NCBI GenBank assembly: GCA_965215505.1
Contig: OZ244065.1
Coordinates: 6,113,772-6,177,771 of the forward strand
DNA length: 64,000 nt
Source of the DNA: Capsulimonadaceae bacterium
GTDB lineage: Bacteria > Armatimonadota > Armatimonadia > Armatimonadales > Capsulimonadaceae
Reading direction: 5' to 3'
Shown here: one piece after another, positions 1 to 12,152 of the stretch
Numbering within the stretch: position 1 is the first letter of the stretch
How the letters are laid out: every line of letters starts with the position of its first letter
Notes under the pieces: generated by a model
Told to the model about the DNA's origin: nothing
The model's input: only the letters and a program-made list of their open reading frames with translations
Database searches by the model: none
Position numbers and translations under genes: made by a program

Positions 1-1229
1 GTCTGGTCCGGCTGGCCGTGCGGCGTTCGCTTCGGGCCGTCCCAGAGGTTGCTGCGGTTGAAATGGCTGTCGAACCGGCGGATGTCGCGCGTCTCGATCC
101 AGTAGCCGCACCCCATCCCCGCACGCAGCATTTCAAATGTCATCATGGCCTGTACGTTCGTCTTGGGGGAGAACTTGGAACGCGCCTTGTTGCCGTTGAT
201 GCTGTTGTAGGAGATCAGCTCGTCCTGGGGCGACACGGCGAACTTGGACCGCAGGATCGGGTCGGTGAACAGCCGCCCGATCCGGGCGGGGTCGAGGGTG
301 CGTCCCGCCCGCGTCATGCGGAGGAACATCTCGCGCGCCGAGTCGTAGCTCTTGACCACGTCCAGGGACGCATCGGAGCGGATGTGCTGGTGGACGTCGC
401 CCAGGAACGACTCGATCTGGAGGTTCACGGGGTCGCCAGACGAGGCCTGTAAGCGGGCCAGCATCTGGCGCAGGTTGGCTGGCGTCCCGCCATAAACGGT
501 GTTCGCCTGCGGCGGCCCCAGGCCGGTGTAGTAGCCCTTGCGGCCCGTGTACTGCACCTCGTTCAGTTCGCCGTCAGAGAGCCAGTAGTGCCACGAAACG
601 TGCGGCAGGACATACGGCTGCCCGTAGACCTCGCAGAAGGCCTGCATCACCGAGCGCTCATCGTCCTCCCGGTCGGCGGACGCCTCGAAGTCATACGACC
701 CCATGTGCGCCCGGAGCCGGTCCCCGGAGTGGAAGTCGCCCGTTGACATGCTGGACAGGATCGCCATGTCCGCGAACAGGTCTTTGCCCTTCTCGGCCAA
801 GTACCCGTAGCGAATGTTGCCGTGCGTCTGGATCTGATACCCCGGCTCCCCCCAGTGCAGCACACGGTAACGCTCCTTGGAAGGGTCGTCCATCCGCATC
901 AGGACGTTGTTCGGCGTCTCGACCGGCGAGAACATGTCGTAGCTCTCCCAGCCGCCCTCCATGAACCAGTAGATCAAATAGTGCGGCTTGTCGGCCTCGG
1001 CGATCTTGTCGCGGATGCGTCCCTCGTGCGTCGCGCCGTAGGCGGGCAGCCCGTGGCTGAGGAAGTAGCCGAGGAAGTCCGCGCAGGTCAGCGCCCCGAC
1101 CACCTGCCGGGCCGAACGTCCGAGGAACCGGCGGCGGCTCCCCGCCGCCGGGTTCTGCGGCTCGGGCGGCGGTGGTCCCAGCCGGACGCTCTCATGGTCA
1201 ACGTCGCAGGGCTGCGTGAACGGTTTCAT
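1..1229 (-). CDS. DUF1501-family protein with Tat-like signal (runs off left edge)
   Basis: Manual translation from ATG at 1229: MKPFTQ...GSRRRFLGRS... (twin-Arg), ...YLIYWFMEGGWESYDMF..., ...RRFDSH.... No stop before the window edge, so it is missing from the ORF track. Lies downstream of a planctomycete-type cytochrome gene, the usual DUF1501 context. Confidence 0.75.
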   Translation of the reverse strand, partial: MKPFTQPCDVDHESVRLGPPPPEPQNPAAGSRRRFLGRSARQVVGALTCADFLGYFLSHGLPAYGATHEGRIRDKIAEADKPHYLIYWFMEGGWESYDMFSPVETPNNVLMRMDDPSKERYRVLHWGEPGYQIQTHGNIRYGYLAEKGKDLFADMAILSSMSTGDFHSGDRLRAHMGSYDFEASADREDDERSVMQAFCEVYGQPYVLPHVSWHYWLSDGELNEVQYTGRKGYYTGLGPPQANTVYGGTPANLRQMLARLQASSGDPVNLQIESFLGDVHQHIRSDASLDVVKSYDSAREMFLRMTRAGRTLDPARIGRLFTDPILRSKFAVSPQDELISYNSINGNKARSKFSPKTNVQAMMTFEMLRAGMGCGYWIETRDIRRFDSHFNRSNLWDGPKRTPHGQPDQ

Positions 1230-1268
1230 AGTAGGTTTGCTCTCGGGACCGGTGCTGTACAAATCACA

Positions 1269-1403
1269 CCCGGCCCTGAAGGGCCGGGCTACTCCCGGCT
1301 TCGCCGGACGAAGCCCCTTCGGGGCTAAATGCCGCCTGCGCTGGCCGATCTTCAGCCCCGGAGGGGCTTTCACTCAACAGTAGCCCAGCCTTTCAAGGCC
1401 GGG
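1269..1403. repeat. REPIN-like element: two inverted GTAG REPs with inner inverted palindromes
   Basis: cccggccctgaagggccgggctac (1269-1292) and gtagcccagcctttcaaggccggg (1380-1403) are inverted copies. The inner agccccttcggggct and agccccggaggggct are also inverted copies. Confidence 0.8.
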
Positions 1404-1803
1404 GATTGTTTTTTCGGATGTGGCCTGTCACGCGGATTGCTGAACCTTCCCAGGTGTAAGGCACGTTCACAGATTCCAGGCGTTTTTCGATCTCCTGGCG
1501 GTAGTCAACTTTAACTGTCGCACCGATGGGGTCAATCTCCATCCATTCAATAGCCAGCACAATATCAGGCGAACTCGGTCCTTCAAAGTAGGGCGTGGGG
1601 AGGGCGGAGGAAAAGCCTCCCTGAATATGGCGTGTCCAATTAGACACTTTAGCGTTGTCTAACCACTTGACGCGCCTCCAAAGCCATAAATCTCTGAGTA
1701 CATCCAGCATTTCCATCCACTTCGTGTCGTTCATGCGGCTTCCGTCGCAATCGCGCTCGATGATCTGTCTCAAACACTGTTTGTACTCTTCATTCCAATC
1801 CAT
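1393..1803 (-). CDS. Hypothetical protein (tentatively DUF6678-like), AT-richer than neighbours
   Basis: ORF with MNDTKW...IEWMEIDP...IRVTGH. ATG at 1803 chosen over GTG at 1860. The stop codon lies inside the REP. Confidence 0.6.
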   Translation of the reverse strand: MDWNEEYKQCLRQIIERDCDGSRMNDTKWMEMLDVLRDLWLWRRVKWLDNAKVSNWTRHIQGGFSSALPTPYFEGPSSPDIVLAIEWMEIDPIGATVKVDYRQEIEKRLESVNVPYTWEGSAIRVTGHIRKNNPRP

Positions 1804-1911
1804 ATGTGGCGGACTCTGTTCTTTCCCATCTACTTCTTTTTGGTTCGCTTTTTGCTTCACACGGCGAACTAAACACAGATTCGATGCCGATGCGCCGTCT
1901 CCGACTCGTCT

Positions 1912-4900
1912 TTACCTCCTCGCCAAACGTAGCTTGACAGGCGTAGCAACGGCCCCATCCCCCAAATACTCCGGGCTGGTCACGATGGCCCGGACCAACG
2001 GCTTCAGGGCGAAGTGGGTCTGATGAACGCCGTCCCAGAGTTTCTTGTACAGCCCGCGCTCGTCGGCATCAAAGCGCAGTGGTCGCCCGAAGAACCAGAT
2101 GAAGTGGGTCTGAATGATGGCCCGGTGGAACCTTTCCTTGCGCTGGGCGGCCAGCGCGAAGGCTTCCAGCCCCGCGCCTTTGAAGGGGTAGGAGGCGACG
2201 GCATGGCGGTCCGAGTCGTCAATAGCGTTGCCCTTGTCGTCCTTCTCTTTATACTTGCCGTCGTCGGTCCAGCGCGTCCGCTGGTAGGCCAGGGGCGTCA
2301 GGACCTGGTGGCAGGAGTAGCAGATGGATTTCGTGTCCACGGTGGAAGCGGCCGTCAATGTCCCGCGCGCTTTGACCACTTCCGGGGTCACTTCAAAGAC
2401 GTAGCCCAAGAACTTCTCGCAGACCTGGGCGGCATAGTTGAAGTGCGGTAGGCCCGGCTTCCCCTCGATGAAGCCGGGCATGGTCAGGACGCCCGAATGG
2501 CCGCAGTAGGTGGGGCGGGCGGTCTTGCGCCCGTCCGGCGTGATCGTGTAATCGGCGGTCATCAGCTCGGTGTAAGGCCGGCCCGTGTGTAGGAGGTAGC
2601 GCCACAAGCGCGCCGGCTCGTCCTGGGTCGGCGTGCCGTGGCTCTCCAGGTACAGGCGCACACGGCGATGGTAGAAGCTTTCAAATTCCGGCGAAGCCAA
2701 GTAACTATCCGTCAAGGCGGAAAGGGACGCGCCCCCGTCCAGCCGGGCGACTTCGCCCTCCGTGGGCGGTCGCCCTACAAGGTCCTGGGCCAGCTTCACG
2801 AGCTGCAAGCGGCGGCGCGTGGCCGGGTCGTGGGTGGCGGACAGAGTCCGGGGCCGGGTGAACAGGAAGTCCGGATGGAGGATCAAGGCGCGGCACAGGC
2901 CCTCCCAGGCGATCTGTGGGGCATCCTCATCGGCGATCTGGGCGGTCAAAGTCGGCGCATTCGGCGCGGATAGGGTGGCGCGCGGCCCGCCGATCTGCGA
3001 CCAGAGGAAGCGCAGCGGGGAGTGCTGGACGTTGTAGGACGCGGAGGCGTCCAGCGTGATCTTCGCCCCGACCGGCGCTTCGGCGGGGGCGCGGAGGCGG
3101 ACGATGGGCGAGGAGCGCGCGGCGTACACGGTGATCGGAACCTGCGTCTCGTTGTCCACATGGCCGGGATAGGTCACGCGCAGGTGGTAGTAGTCGGCGG
3201 GGGGCAGGGCCGTGCCCGGCGCGAACAGCAGGCTCAACTCGCCCTTGTGCGCGTTGTCATCCGAGCGCAGGTCCGGCCCGACCGTGTTGTAGGGCGTGAA
3301 ATCGCTCGGCTTGAAGACCGGCCAGTGGTCGTGGCCCACGGCATCATTGGCGCGCACGATCAGGGCGGGCGTCTCGCCGTCGGCGGCTGCCGGGATAAAG
3401 GAGACGGCGTCGGCGACGACTCGCTTCCGTGTGTCTTTGTTGCTGATCTCCACCCCGCTTTTGGGCTGATGGGGGTCAAACCCGAAGGCGGTCTTCAGGT
3501 CGAAGTAAGAGACGTTGTCTACGGTTTGGTCCAGCAAATAGTGCGCCTCGCCGCGCGGCGGGGTGGGGGGCGCGGGCGGGAGCGACAGATGGAACTGCCC
3601 CGGCGCGTAGAGCGTGACGGGAACGGCCTCCGAGTTGATCCCGGCCCCGTTCTTGCGCCAGGTGAGCGCGACCTCATACCGCCCCGCCGCCCTGACGCGC
3701 AGCGGCACGGTCAGCCGGCTCTGTCCCTTGTTGTCGTTCCCGTCGCTGTAGCCCTCCTTGGCGTGGTCGCCGAAGGCGTTCCAGGCCCCGTCCACGACGA
3801 CATTCGGCGAGTCGGACCCGATGACCGTCTCGGTCTTTGCCGGGAGCGGGCCGCGCAGGACCACGGAATGGAAGGTGACTTTGCCGGACGTGCCGCCGTT
3901 CGAGACGACGAGCCTTTGCACCGCCTCACCCGGCTTCAGCGCCCAGACGCCCAAGGTGGCTTCTGAGCCTATTGTAGCATTCTCGTTTACGAAGAGTGTG
4001 CTGACACCCGACGCCCGCGGCAGCGTGGAAACCTCCGCCTGCTGGATCGCCTCCTGGCCGTCGGTGCCGCTGACGACGACCTGAAACATTAGCGGCCCCG
4101 CTTTTTTGGCGCGCGCCGTCTGGGCGGCGGCCACGGCGCGCAGGAACGTCTCCGCACGGCGCATCTCATCGGGGGCGGGTGCGCGGAACAGGAGACGCCC
4201 GTACAGCCGCGTGATCTGGTCGCGCACTCCCTTGTCGGCACCGGGGCCGGGGAGCGGCATCCTCTCCGGCCGGCCAGCGAACGGGCCGGACTTGTCCAGG
4301 AAGGCGCGGGAAGAAGCGTCCGCCGCCAGCGCGCCGACTGCCGACAGGTACGAAGGCGTCGCGCGCGTGGATTCGTCGAAGCGCGTGACGAAATCCGCCC
4401 CGCCGAGCTGCGCCAGGTTTTCCAGATACTGGTCGCGGTCGCCCCGCCGCCAGTCGTCGCCGAACAGGGTCGCGATCTTGTGGCGCAACTGGTAGTAGCT
4501 GAGGAGGGAATTGTCCTGTCCGCTGACCCGCTTCGGCCCCGAGTAGGGCAGCAGCAGGGCGGGCGGGAACTGCTCATCCGGGCGCGGCGTGTGCGCGTCG
4601 GTCGCGGCGTTCCGGTCGAGCGACGCCATGAATTCCCGCAGGCGCGTTTTGTCGGCCTCCGGCCAGGCCGGCATCCCGACCGGCGGCATCCGCTGTCCGG
4701 GATCGGTCGCGCAGACGCGGGCCAGCAGCGAGGAGGGGTTACGCGGGTCCAGCCGACCCTCGGCGAGAAGCTGACGGTAGCCGCTCTGCGCGTCGGCGGG
4801 GAGGTGGAGCTGGGAGGGGTTGCTTGCCGTGTGACATGCGACGCAGTTCGCGTCCGGGCGCGTCAGAAGGGGCCAGATGTCCCGCGCGAACCACTGCGCC

Positions 4901-5085
4901 GTGGGGTCACCCTGGACTGGTGCGGGCTTGATGACGCTCGTCTGCTCTCCCCGGACCGGATGCGGTTCGGTCAGCCAGGAGGTGCCGATGAGAAGCGCGA
5001 AGAGCATGGTCGCTGCGCCCACGACATACGGGCGTCTGTTCCGCCGCGTGCGCTCCTGACTCTTCGGCGGACCTGGGGCTTGCAT
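1912..5085 (-). CDS. Planctomycete-type cytochrome c / PSD-like protein with inserted beta-sandwich and PKD-like domains
   Basis: 1057 aa with an N-terminal TM segment. CVACH followed by P..SSLL..V.....RMPP (PSCyt1-like); a second CxxCH (CYSCH) near the C-terminus; ITLDASASY...WSQIGGP (PKD-like). Confidence 0.75.
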   Translation of the reverse strand: MQAPGPPKSQERTRRNRRPYVVGAATMLFALLIGTSWLTEPHPVRGEQTSVIKPAPVQGDPTAQWFARDIWPLLTRPDANCVACHTASNPSQLHLPADAQSGYRQLLAEGRLDPRNPSSLLARVCATDPGQRMPPVGMPAWPEADKTRLREFMASLDRNAATDAHTPRPDEQFPPALLLPYSGPKRVSGQDNSLLSYYQLRHKIATLFGDDWRRGDRDQYLENLAQLGGADFVTRFDESTRATPSYLSAVGALAADASSRAFLDKSGPFAGRPERMPLPGPGADKGVRDQITRLYGRLLFRAPAPDEMRRAETFLRAVAAAQTARAKKAGPLMFQVVVSGTDGQEAIQQAEVSTLPRASGVSTLFVNENATIGSEATLGVWALKPGEAVQRLVVSNGGTSGKVTFHSVVLRGPLPAKTETVIGSDSPNVVVDGAWNAFGDHAKEGYSDGNDNKGQSRLTVPLRVRAAGRYEVALTWRKNGAGINSEAVPVTLYAPGQFHLSLPPAPPTPPRGEAHYLLDQTVDNVSYFDLKTAFGFDPHQPKSGVEISNKDTRKRVVADAVSFIPAAADGETPALIVRANDAVGHDHWPVFKPSDFTPYNTVGPDLRSDDNAHKGELSLLFAPGTALPPADYYHLRVTYPGHVDNETQVPITVYAARSSPIVRLRAPAEAPVGAKITLDASASYNVQHSPLRFLWSQIGGPRATLSAPNAPTLTAQIADEDAPQIAWEGLCRALILHPDFLFTRPRTLSATHDPATRRRLQLVKLAQDLVGRPPTEGEVARLDGGASLSALTDSYLASPEFESFYHRRVRLYLESHGTPTQDEPARLWRYLLHTGRPYTELMTADYTITPDGRKTARPTYCGHSGVLTMPGFIEGKPGLPHFNYAAQVCEKFLGYVFEVTPEVVKARGTLTAASTVDTKSICYSCHQVLTPLAYQRTRWTDDGKYKEKDDKGNAIDDSDRHAVASYPFKGAGLEAFALAAQRKERFHRAIIQTHFIWFFGRPLRFDADERGLYKKLWDGVHQTHFALKPLVRAIVTSPEYLGDGAVATPVKLRLARR

Positions 5086-5153
5086 GGAGTTATTCTACCA
5101 CATACCCCGACATACGGCAAGCCTAGCATTGATACTATGACCCCAGCTCCGCG

Positions 5154-5615
5154 TCACGCACGCCCGGACCGCGCGCGGTACAGTTGGCACAGCAGGGCCG
5201 GTGCCGGCCCAGTCAGCAGCGCGCCGGCCACGTCAACGGGCGTGTGGTACTGGGCCGCGACCAAGGCCCAGGCCATGAGGGCGGACAGCGGCAGGCCCAG
5301 CGCCAGCCAGCGGGCGTCCCGGACGGCGAGGCAGGTCACGGCGGCGAGGCAGAACGTCTCGTGGCCGCTGGGGAAGCCTCGATGGCCCGGCCACACCTCC
5401 CACCGCTTGCCGCTCTCGGCCAGCACCACGGCAAGGCCGATGCCCAGGAAGCAGCGGACCCAATACTCTGGGGCGCGGACGGGCCGGGGCGTCACGAGCG
5501 GGGCGGCCAGCATCAGGAACGCCGTGGCCGGGTTGACGGAGTCCGCGATGAGATTTGGCGTGAGGGGCATGGGTACAGGTTCGACGCCGGTGGCGCGCAT
5601 TCCTGTCGCTCTCAC
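5154..5615 (-). CDS. PAP2-family membrane phosphatase
   Basis: GFPSGH and HTPVDVAG motifs with hydrophobic helices. Start uncertain (5615, 5600 or 5570). Confidence 0.75.
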   Translation of the reverse strand: MRATGMRATGVEPVPMPLTPNLIADSVNPATAFLMLAAPLVTPRPVRAPEYWVRCFLGIGLAVVLAESGKRWEVWPGHRGFPSGHETFCLAAVTCLAVRDARWLALGLPLSALMAWALVAAQYHTPVDVAGALLTGPAPALLCQLYRARSGRA

Positions 5616-5887
5616 GTCGCCCCCACGATTGCCGATTCATCCGCGCCGGCGGGCGACAGGGCGCTCGCCAGATCGCAAAGCTCGCGGCTTGGCCCGGCCT
5701 CGGCGAGAAGGCCGAGGACGATGCCCCTGAGCAGGCGGAGATGCTCCTCCTGCCAAAGATATACTCCGGGTGCCCCGGATGCGTCCGCCAGCATCAGCGC
5801 ACAGGAAACGGACAGGGCCGCGTCCGTGGCGTACCCGGCCCGCGCCGCCAGGAGCGCGCGCGTTTGTGGATTGATCTGTAATTTCAT
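5612..5887 (-). CDS. Hypothetical protein
   Basis: ATG preceded by GGAGGGG; its stop overlaps the next gene (GTGA). Confidence 0.55.
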   Translation of the reverse strand: MKLQINPQTRALLAARAGYATDAALSVSCALMLADASGAPGVYLWQEEHLRLLRGIVLGLLAEAGPSRELCDLASALSPAGADESAIVGAT

Positions 5888-5994
5888 CGGAGTCCCCTCC
5901 CGGCCCGCCATCGTCAGCAGGGCGGCTGTTTATGCTGGGAGCCATTAAACCCGATGATGGAAGGAGCCTGGAAGGAAAGGCGGCGGAAGGGAAA

Positions 5995-7914
5995 CTAATT
6001 TCGGCGAATCGAGACGAATTCCGGGGCGGGGGGGAGGTGGAGCTTCTTGAGCAGGCGCGCGAAACGCGGCTCCCGGCGGAGGCTGGCGAAGCGCGGCTCG
6101 ATGCCGAGAAGAAAGAGCTGGCAGGCGTGTTCCCGGTAGCCCTGCTCCAGCAGAGTCAGGGCCTGTTCCTTCTCTTCAAAGGCCTGCGCTTTGTCCACCG
6201 TGTTCCGGTCGTGGTTGTACAACCCTGTGTAGACGACGGCAAGGTCTACCGGCGAGACATATGACAGTCCATCGCACCGCCGCATCTCCATCTCCGCCAA
6301 AAGTCTGCGGGACCTCGCCCCGTCGCCGGATGTCGCGAAGGCGTGGGCCAGCCCCGCGCGCATGTTCATGTCGCGGCCCCCGGAGAGCCTGTCCGCATCG
6401 CCGATCGCGGCAAGCGCCTCCCCGGTGTTCCCCTCCTGCTCGTAGGCCAGCCCCAGCCAGTAATGCGTCAGCCGGTCGCCGGGGTGCTTCTTCAGGCTGT
6501 CATCGCACTTCTGGATCGCATAGTCATAGTCGCCTTTGTAGTGGAGGCGCTGGGCGGCGCTCATGCAGATCACCGGCGTGGGGTCCCTGCCCACGGCCTG
6601 GTTGCTCTCGATGAGGCTCCCGTCCTCGTCCCCCTGGACCGTCAGATAGAGCGAATACCATTGATGTGCCGTGGCATACCGCTGGTCGGCACTGAGGGCC
6701 TGCTGGAAGTCCGACTTGGATTGGTCCCATTTCCAGAGGAGCATCTCGACCCATGCCAGCGACGTGTACGATTCCGCCTTTTCCGCGTCATTTTGCGCGC
6801 GGGCGGTGGCCTCCCGCGCCTCGTCCAAGGCGCTCTTGAGGGCCTCGCGCGGCGGCACCCAGCCGTAGTAGCCGAGGAGGCTGTCGGCGTCGGCGAGGCC
6901 GGCGTAGCCCGGCGCATAGTCCGGGTCCAGGGCGTTCACGCGGGCGAAGTCGGCCCGGCTCTGGCGCAGCCCCTCCTCGGTCCGCGCGTTCCAGGAGGCG
7001 CGGCCCTCCTGATAAAGACGGTCACGCTCGTGGAGGCGCTGGGCAGCCTCCTGCTCCGACCGATGGAGCTTCTGCGCGCGTGACGCGAAAAACGTCAGCA
7101 GGACCGCCAGGCTGAGGAGAGCCAGCGCGCCGGCCAGGAAGACGGGTGCGCGCCGGGAGACGTCCGGGGGGCCGGGGCGGCTCGGGGGCGGCAGGATTCC
7201 AGGCAGTGGGGGAGAAGCCCTGCGCTTCCGCGATGATTCATCGAGCAGGGCGCGGTAGTCCTGCCACGCCTCGTCCCTCTCCACGCGGAACGCCTCGTCT
7301 TCGGGCGGGAAGGAGCTGCACAACCGGAGGGCCGCCTCGACCGCCTCCGGCAGCCTGTCCGTTTCCAGCAGGGCCGCCTTCAGGCGGTGCAGCGCGTCCC
7401 GGTTCTGCTCCGCCAGCCGCTTCCGGTGGGCCGCGATCCAGGGCTGGTCGTAACCGGGCAGCAGCTCGCCATGGTAGAGGTCCGCCGCCTTCGTCAGCCG
7501 CTCCGCCTGCTCCGCCGCGCCCTCCGCGCCCGCGGCCTCCTCGTAGGCGGCCAGGAAATCCGCGACATCCGTCCCCACCCGCTCTGGGTTCAAGGAAACC
7601 TTTTCCCCTTGTTCGCGGAGGACGCTGCCCGGCGCGATTCCCTCGGGTTCGAGAAGCCGGTGCAGGTGCGGGAGCGCGTGCCGCAGGTTGTCACGGCCCT
7701 CGTCCGGCGGCTTGCCCCAGCCGCGCTTGATGAGTTCGGCGCGTGAACAGGACTTGTCGCTGCCCCGCTCGCCCAGCCGCAGGGCCAGGCAGATCAGAAG
7801 CTCGCGAGTCACCCCACGGTTGGACACTTCAACGCACCCGGACTCCCGCCGGAGCTGAAGCCCGCCGAGCATCTCGATGCGCCATTCTGTTTGGGCCTGC
7901 GCCTCTGTTCCCAT
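5995..7914 (-). CDS. SARP/BTAD-type transcriptional regulator with TM segment and C-terminal TPRs
   Basis: WRIEMLGGL...LLICLAL...SRAELI...W; TDVADF; LYHGELLPGY..PW (BTAD); hydrophobic PVFLAGALALLSLAVLLTFF; TPR region ALDPDYAPGYAGLAD...EPRFASLRREPRF. Confidence 0.8.
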   Translation of the reverse strand: MGTEAQAQTEWRIEMLGGLQLRRESGCVEVSNRGVTRELLICLALRLGERGSDKSCSRAELIKRGWGKPPDEGRDNLRHALPHLHRLLEPEGIAPGSVLREQGEKVSLNPERVGTDVADFLAAYEEAAGAEGAAEQAERLTKAADLYHGELLPGYDQPWIAAHRKRLAEQNRDALHRLKAALLETDRLPEAVEAALRLCSSFPPEDEAFRVERDEAWQDYRALLDESSRKRRASPPLPGILPPPSRPGPPDVSRRAPVFLAGALALLSLAVLLTFFASRAQKLHRSEQEAAQRLHERDRLYQEGRASWNARTEEGLRQSRADFARVNALDPDYAPGYAGLADADSLLGYYGWVPPREALKSALDEAREATARAQNDAEKAESYTSLAWVEMLLWKWDQSKSDFQQALSADQRYATAHQWYSLYLTVQGDEDGSLIESNQAVGRDPTPVICMSAAQRLHYKGDYDYAIQKCDDSLKKHPGDRLTHYWLGLAYEQEGNTGEALAAIGDADRLSGGRDMNMRAGLAHAFATSGDGARSRRLLAEMEMRRCDGLSYVSPVDLAVVYTGLYNHDRNTVDKAQAFEEKEQALTLLEQGYREHACQLFLLGIEPRFASLRREPRFARLLKKLHLPPAPEFVSIRRN

Positions 7915-8017
7915 GCGGCACGGTTCGGTGTCGCATGGCATGATTCCTGCCTGTCCAGGCCCACAAGCAGGATTCGGGGCACGCACGCGCGAACCTGATG
8001 CCGAGGACATTTGCACC

Positions 8018-10183
<2,166 letters not shown>

Positions 10184-10361
10184 TTCGGCACTCAGTGGAT
10201 CTTCTTCGACGCCGTCTCTCCATCGGCCCAGCGCAGGCCACGAGCGGTGCAGGGACTGAAAAAAGATTGAGAATACCCGGTATCTCGTGGAATAAACCTG
10301 AAAGCACTTTCACGTCAAGTCATTCAACCGGTTTATACGCTACAATGGTGTCGGAAACACG

Positions 10362-12152
10362 ATGATCATCGCGCCGCTACAACCAAACCCGTCAGGGCCG
10401 ACGGGGCCTCTGTCGGCCGCTCGGCCGGACACGCGAAGTCCCACCCCGTCCGGCGGCCGCCGGTCCTACGGGGTGCGTCTCGCCGGCTTCGCGGCCTGCC
10501 TCGCGCTGTCCGCCGGGACCGTCGCCGTCGAGCGCCTGGGCCATATGGCCAGGATGCCGCTCCTCCTGTTCTTCGCCGGCCTGTTCCTCCTGACTGTGCT
10601 GTTCCCGGCCAGCGGCCCGAGCGGCCGGCGCGTCGGCCTGACCCCGACCGTCGGGCTGGCTTCCCTGCTGTTGCTGCCGCTCGTCGCCCTGCTGCCCCTG
10701 CTGCTCGCCAACACCGCTTACGCCTTCTCGCGGGAGACTCCTCTGCTTCGGAGCGGCGCGCACGGGCGCGGCCTGTGCCTGATCCTGGCCGTCTTCGCGG
10801 GCGGGCTGGTGCATTCGGCCCTGACCGGGCCGCACGCCCTGGACGTACCCCTGTCGCTTCCGGGGCTAGTCCTGGTGGCGTTGACTTATGGCGCCGTGTA
10901 CGTCTTGGGGAGCCTGTGGGGGCCGGGGAGGCACCGGGGGGGGGGGCAGGCCGCGCGCCGTCACGCCTGGGCGGGCTGGCGCCTGGAGGCCGTGACGCTG
11001 GTTCTGACCGCGCCGGTCGCCGTCCTGATGGCGCTGTCTTATCCTACGCTTGGCCTCCTCGGGGTGGGAGGCGCGGCGGCCCTGCTCGCCCTGATGCTGG
11101 TCGTCGCCCACTTCGGATTCGAAGTGGCCGGCCTCCATGCCCAGGTCAGGGCGATGGAAAAGATCAGCGCCGTCAGCGTCTCGCAGACCAGCGCGCCCAA
11201 GGTCGTCGAGCGGTTCCTCCACCTCGGCGGCGGGCTGGTCTCCTGCGACCGCGCCGCCCTGTGGCTGGTGGACGACGCGCGCACGCGGCTGAAGCGGATG
11301 ACGGAAACTCCTGAGCGACCCGGCTCCTCCGATGCCGCGCCGGCCAGCGTCCGCTTCGGCGAGGGCCTCGTGGGCCGCGTCGCCGAGCGCCGGATTCCGC
11401 TCCTGGTCCGCGACGGGGCGCGCGACCCGCGCCTCACGCCCGATGAGCGTCAGCGCCGGGCCGGGCCGTTCTCGATGATGCTCCTGCCCCTGGTTGCGGG
11501 CGACGAAACCGTGGGCGTGGCACAGTTCGAGCGGGATGCGCCCGGCGCCTTCACCAACCGGGACCTGGACCGCGTCCGTACTCTGGCTGGCCTCGCCGCC
11601 GCCACCATCGCCAACGTCCACTCCCACCGGGACGTCTACCAGCAGGCCGTCACCGACGGCCTGACGGGCCTGTACAACCGCCGCTACATGCAGGAGGTCC
11701 TGCTCGAAGAGCGCCGCCGCGCCCACCGCTACGGGCACCCGCTCTCGGTCATCATGCTGGACGTGGACAACTTCAAGACCTACAACGACACCTATGGCCA
11801 CGTCCAGGGCGATGTGCTGCTGCGGATGGCCGCCGCCCTCCTGCGCGCGAGCGTGCGCGACGTGGACATCGTGGGCCGCTACGGGGGCGAAGAGTTCATC
11901 ATCGTCCTGCCCGAAACCCCGTCCGCCGAGGCCTATCTGGCCGCCGAGCGGCTCCGCCTGACCGTCGCCCGCACCGTCTTCCCCGGCTTCCCCTCCGACC
12001 CCGATCTGGCCGTCTTCAAGACGATCAGCCTCGGCGTCGCCACCTTCCCGGAAGTCACCGACGATCCCCAGGCCCTCGTCACGCTGGCCGACAACGCCCT
12101 CTACCGCGCCAAGCGCGGGGGCCGCAACCGGACCGTCATGGCCGGGGGGTAG
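10362..12152 (+). CDS. Membrane-bound GAF-GGDEF diguanylate cyclase
   Basis: Multiple N-terminal TM helices; GAF (GEGLVGRVAE); TDGLTGLYNRR; RDVD I-site five residues before GGEEF; ALYRAKRGGRN. Confidence 0.92.
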   Translation: MIIAPLQPNPSGPTGPLSAARPDTRSPTPSGGRRSYGVRLAGFAACLALSAGTVAVERLGHMARMPLLLFFAGLFLLTVLFPASGPSGRRVGLTPTVGLASLLLLPLVALLPLLLANTAYAFSRETPLLRSGAHGRGLCLILAVFAGGLVHSALTGPHALDVPLSLPGLVLVALTYGAVYVLGSLWGPGRHRGGGQAARRHAWAGWRLEAVTLVLTAPVAVLMALSYPTLGLLGVGGAAALLALMLVVAHFGFEVAGLHAQVRAMEKISAVSVSQTSAPKVVERFLHLGGGLVSCDRAALWLVDDARTRLKRMTETPERPGSSDAAPASVRFGEGLVGRVAERRIPLLVRDGARDPRLTPDERQRRAGPFSMMLLPLVAGDETVGVAQFERDAPGAFTNRDLDRVRTLAGLAAATIANVHSHRDVYQQAVTDGLTGLYNRRYMQEVLLEERRRAHRYGHPLSVIMLDVDNFKTYNDTYGHVQGDVLLRMAAALLRASVRDVDIVGRYGGEEFIIVLPETPSAEAYLAAERLRLTVARTVFPGFPSDPDLAVFKTISLGVATFPEVTDDPQALVTLADNALYRAKRGGRNRTVMAGG

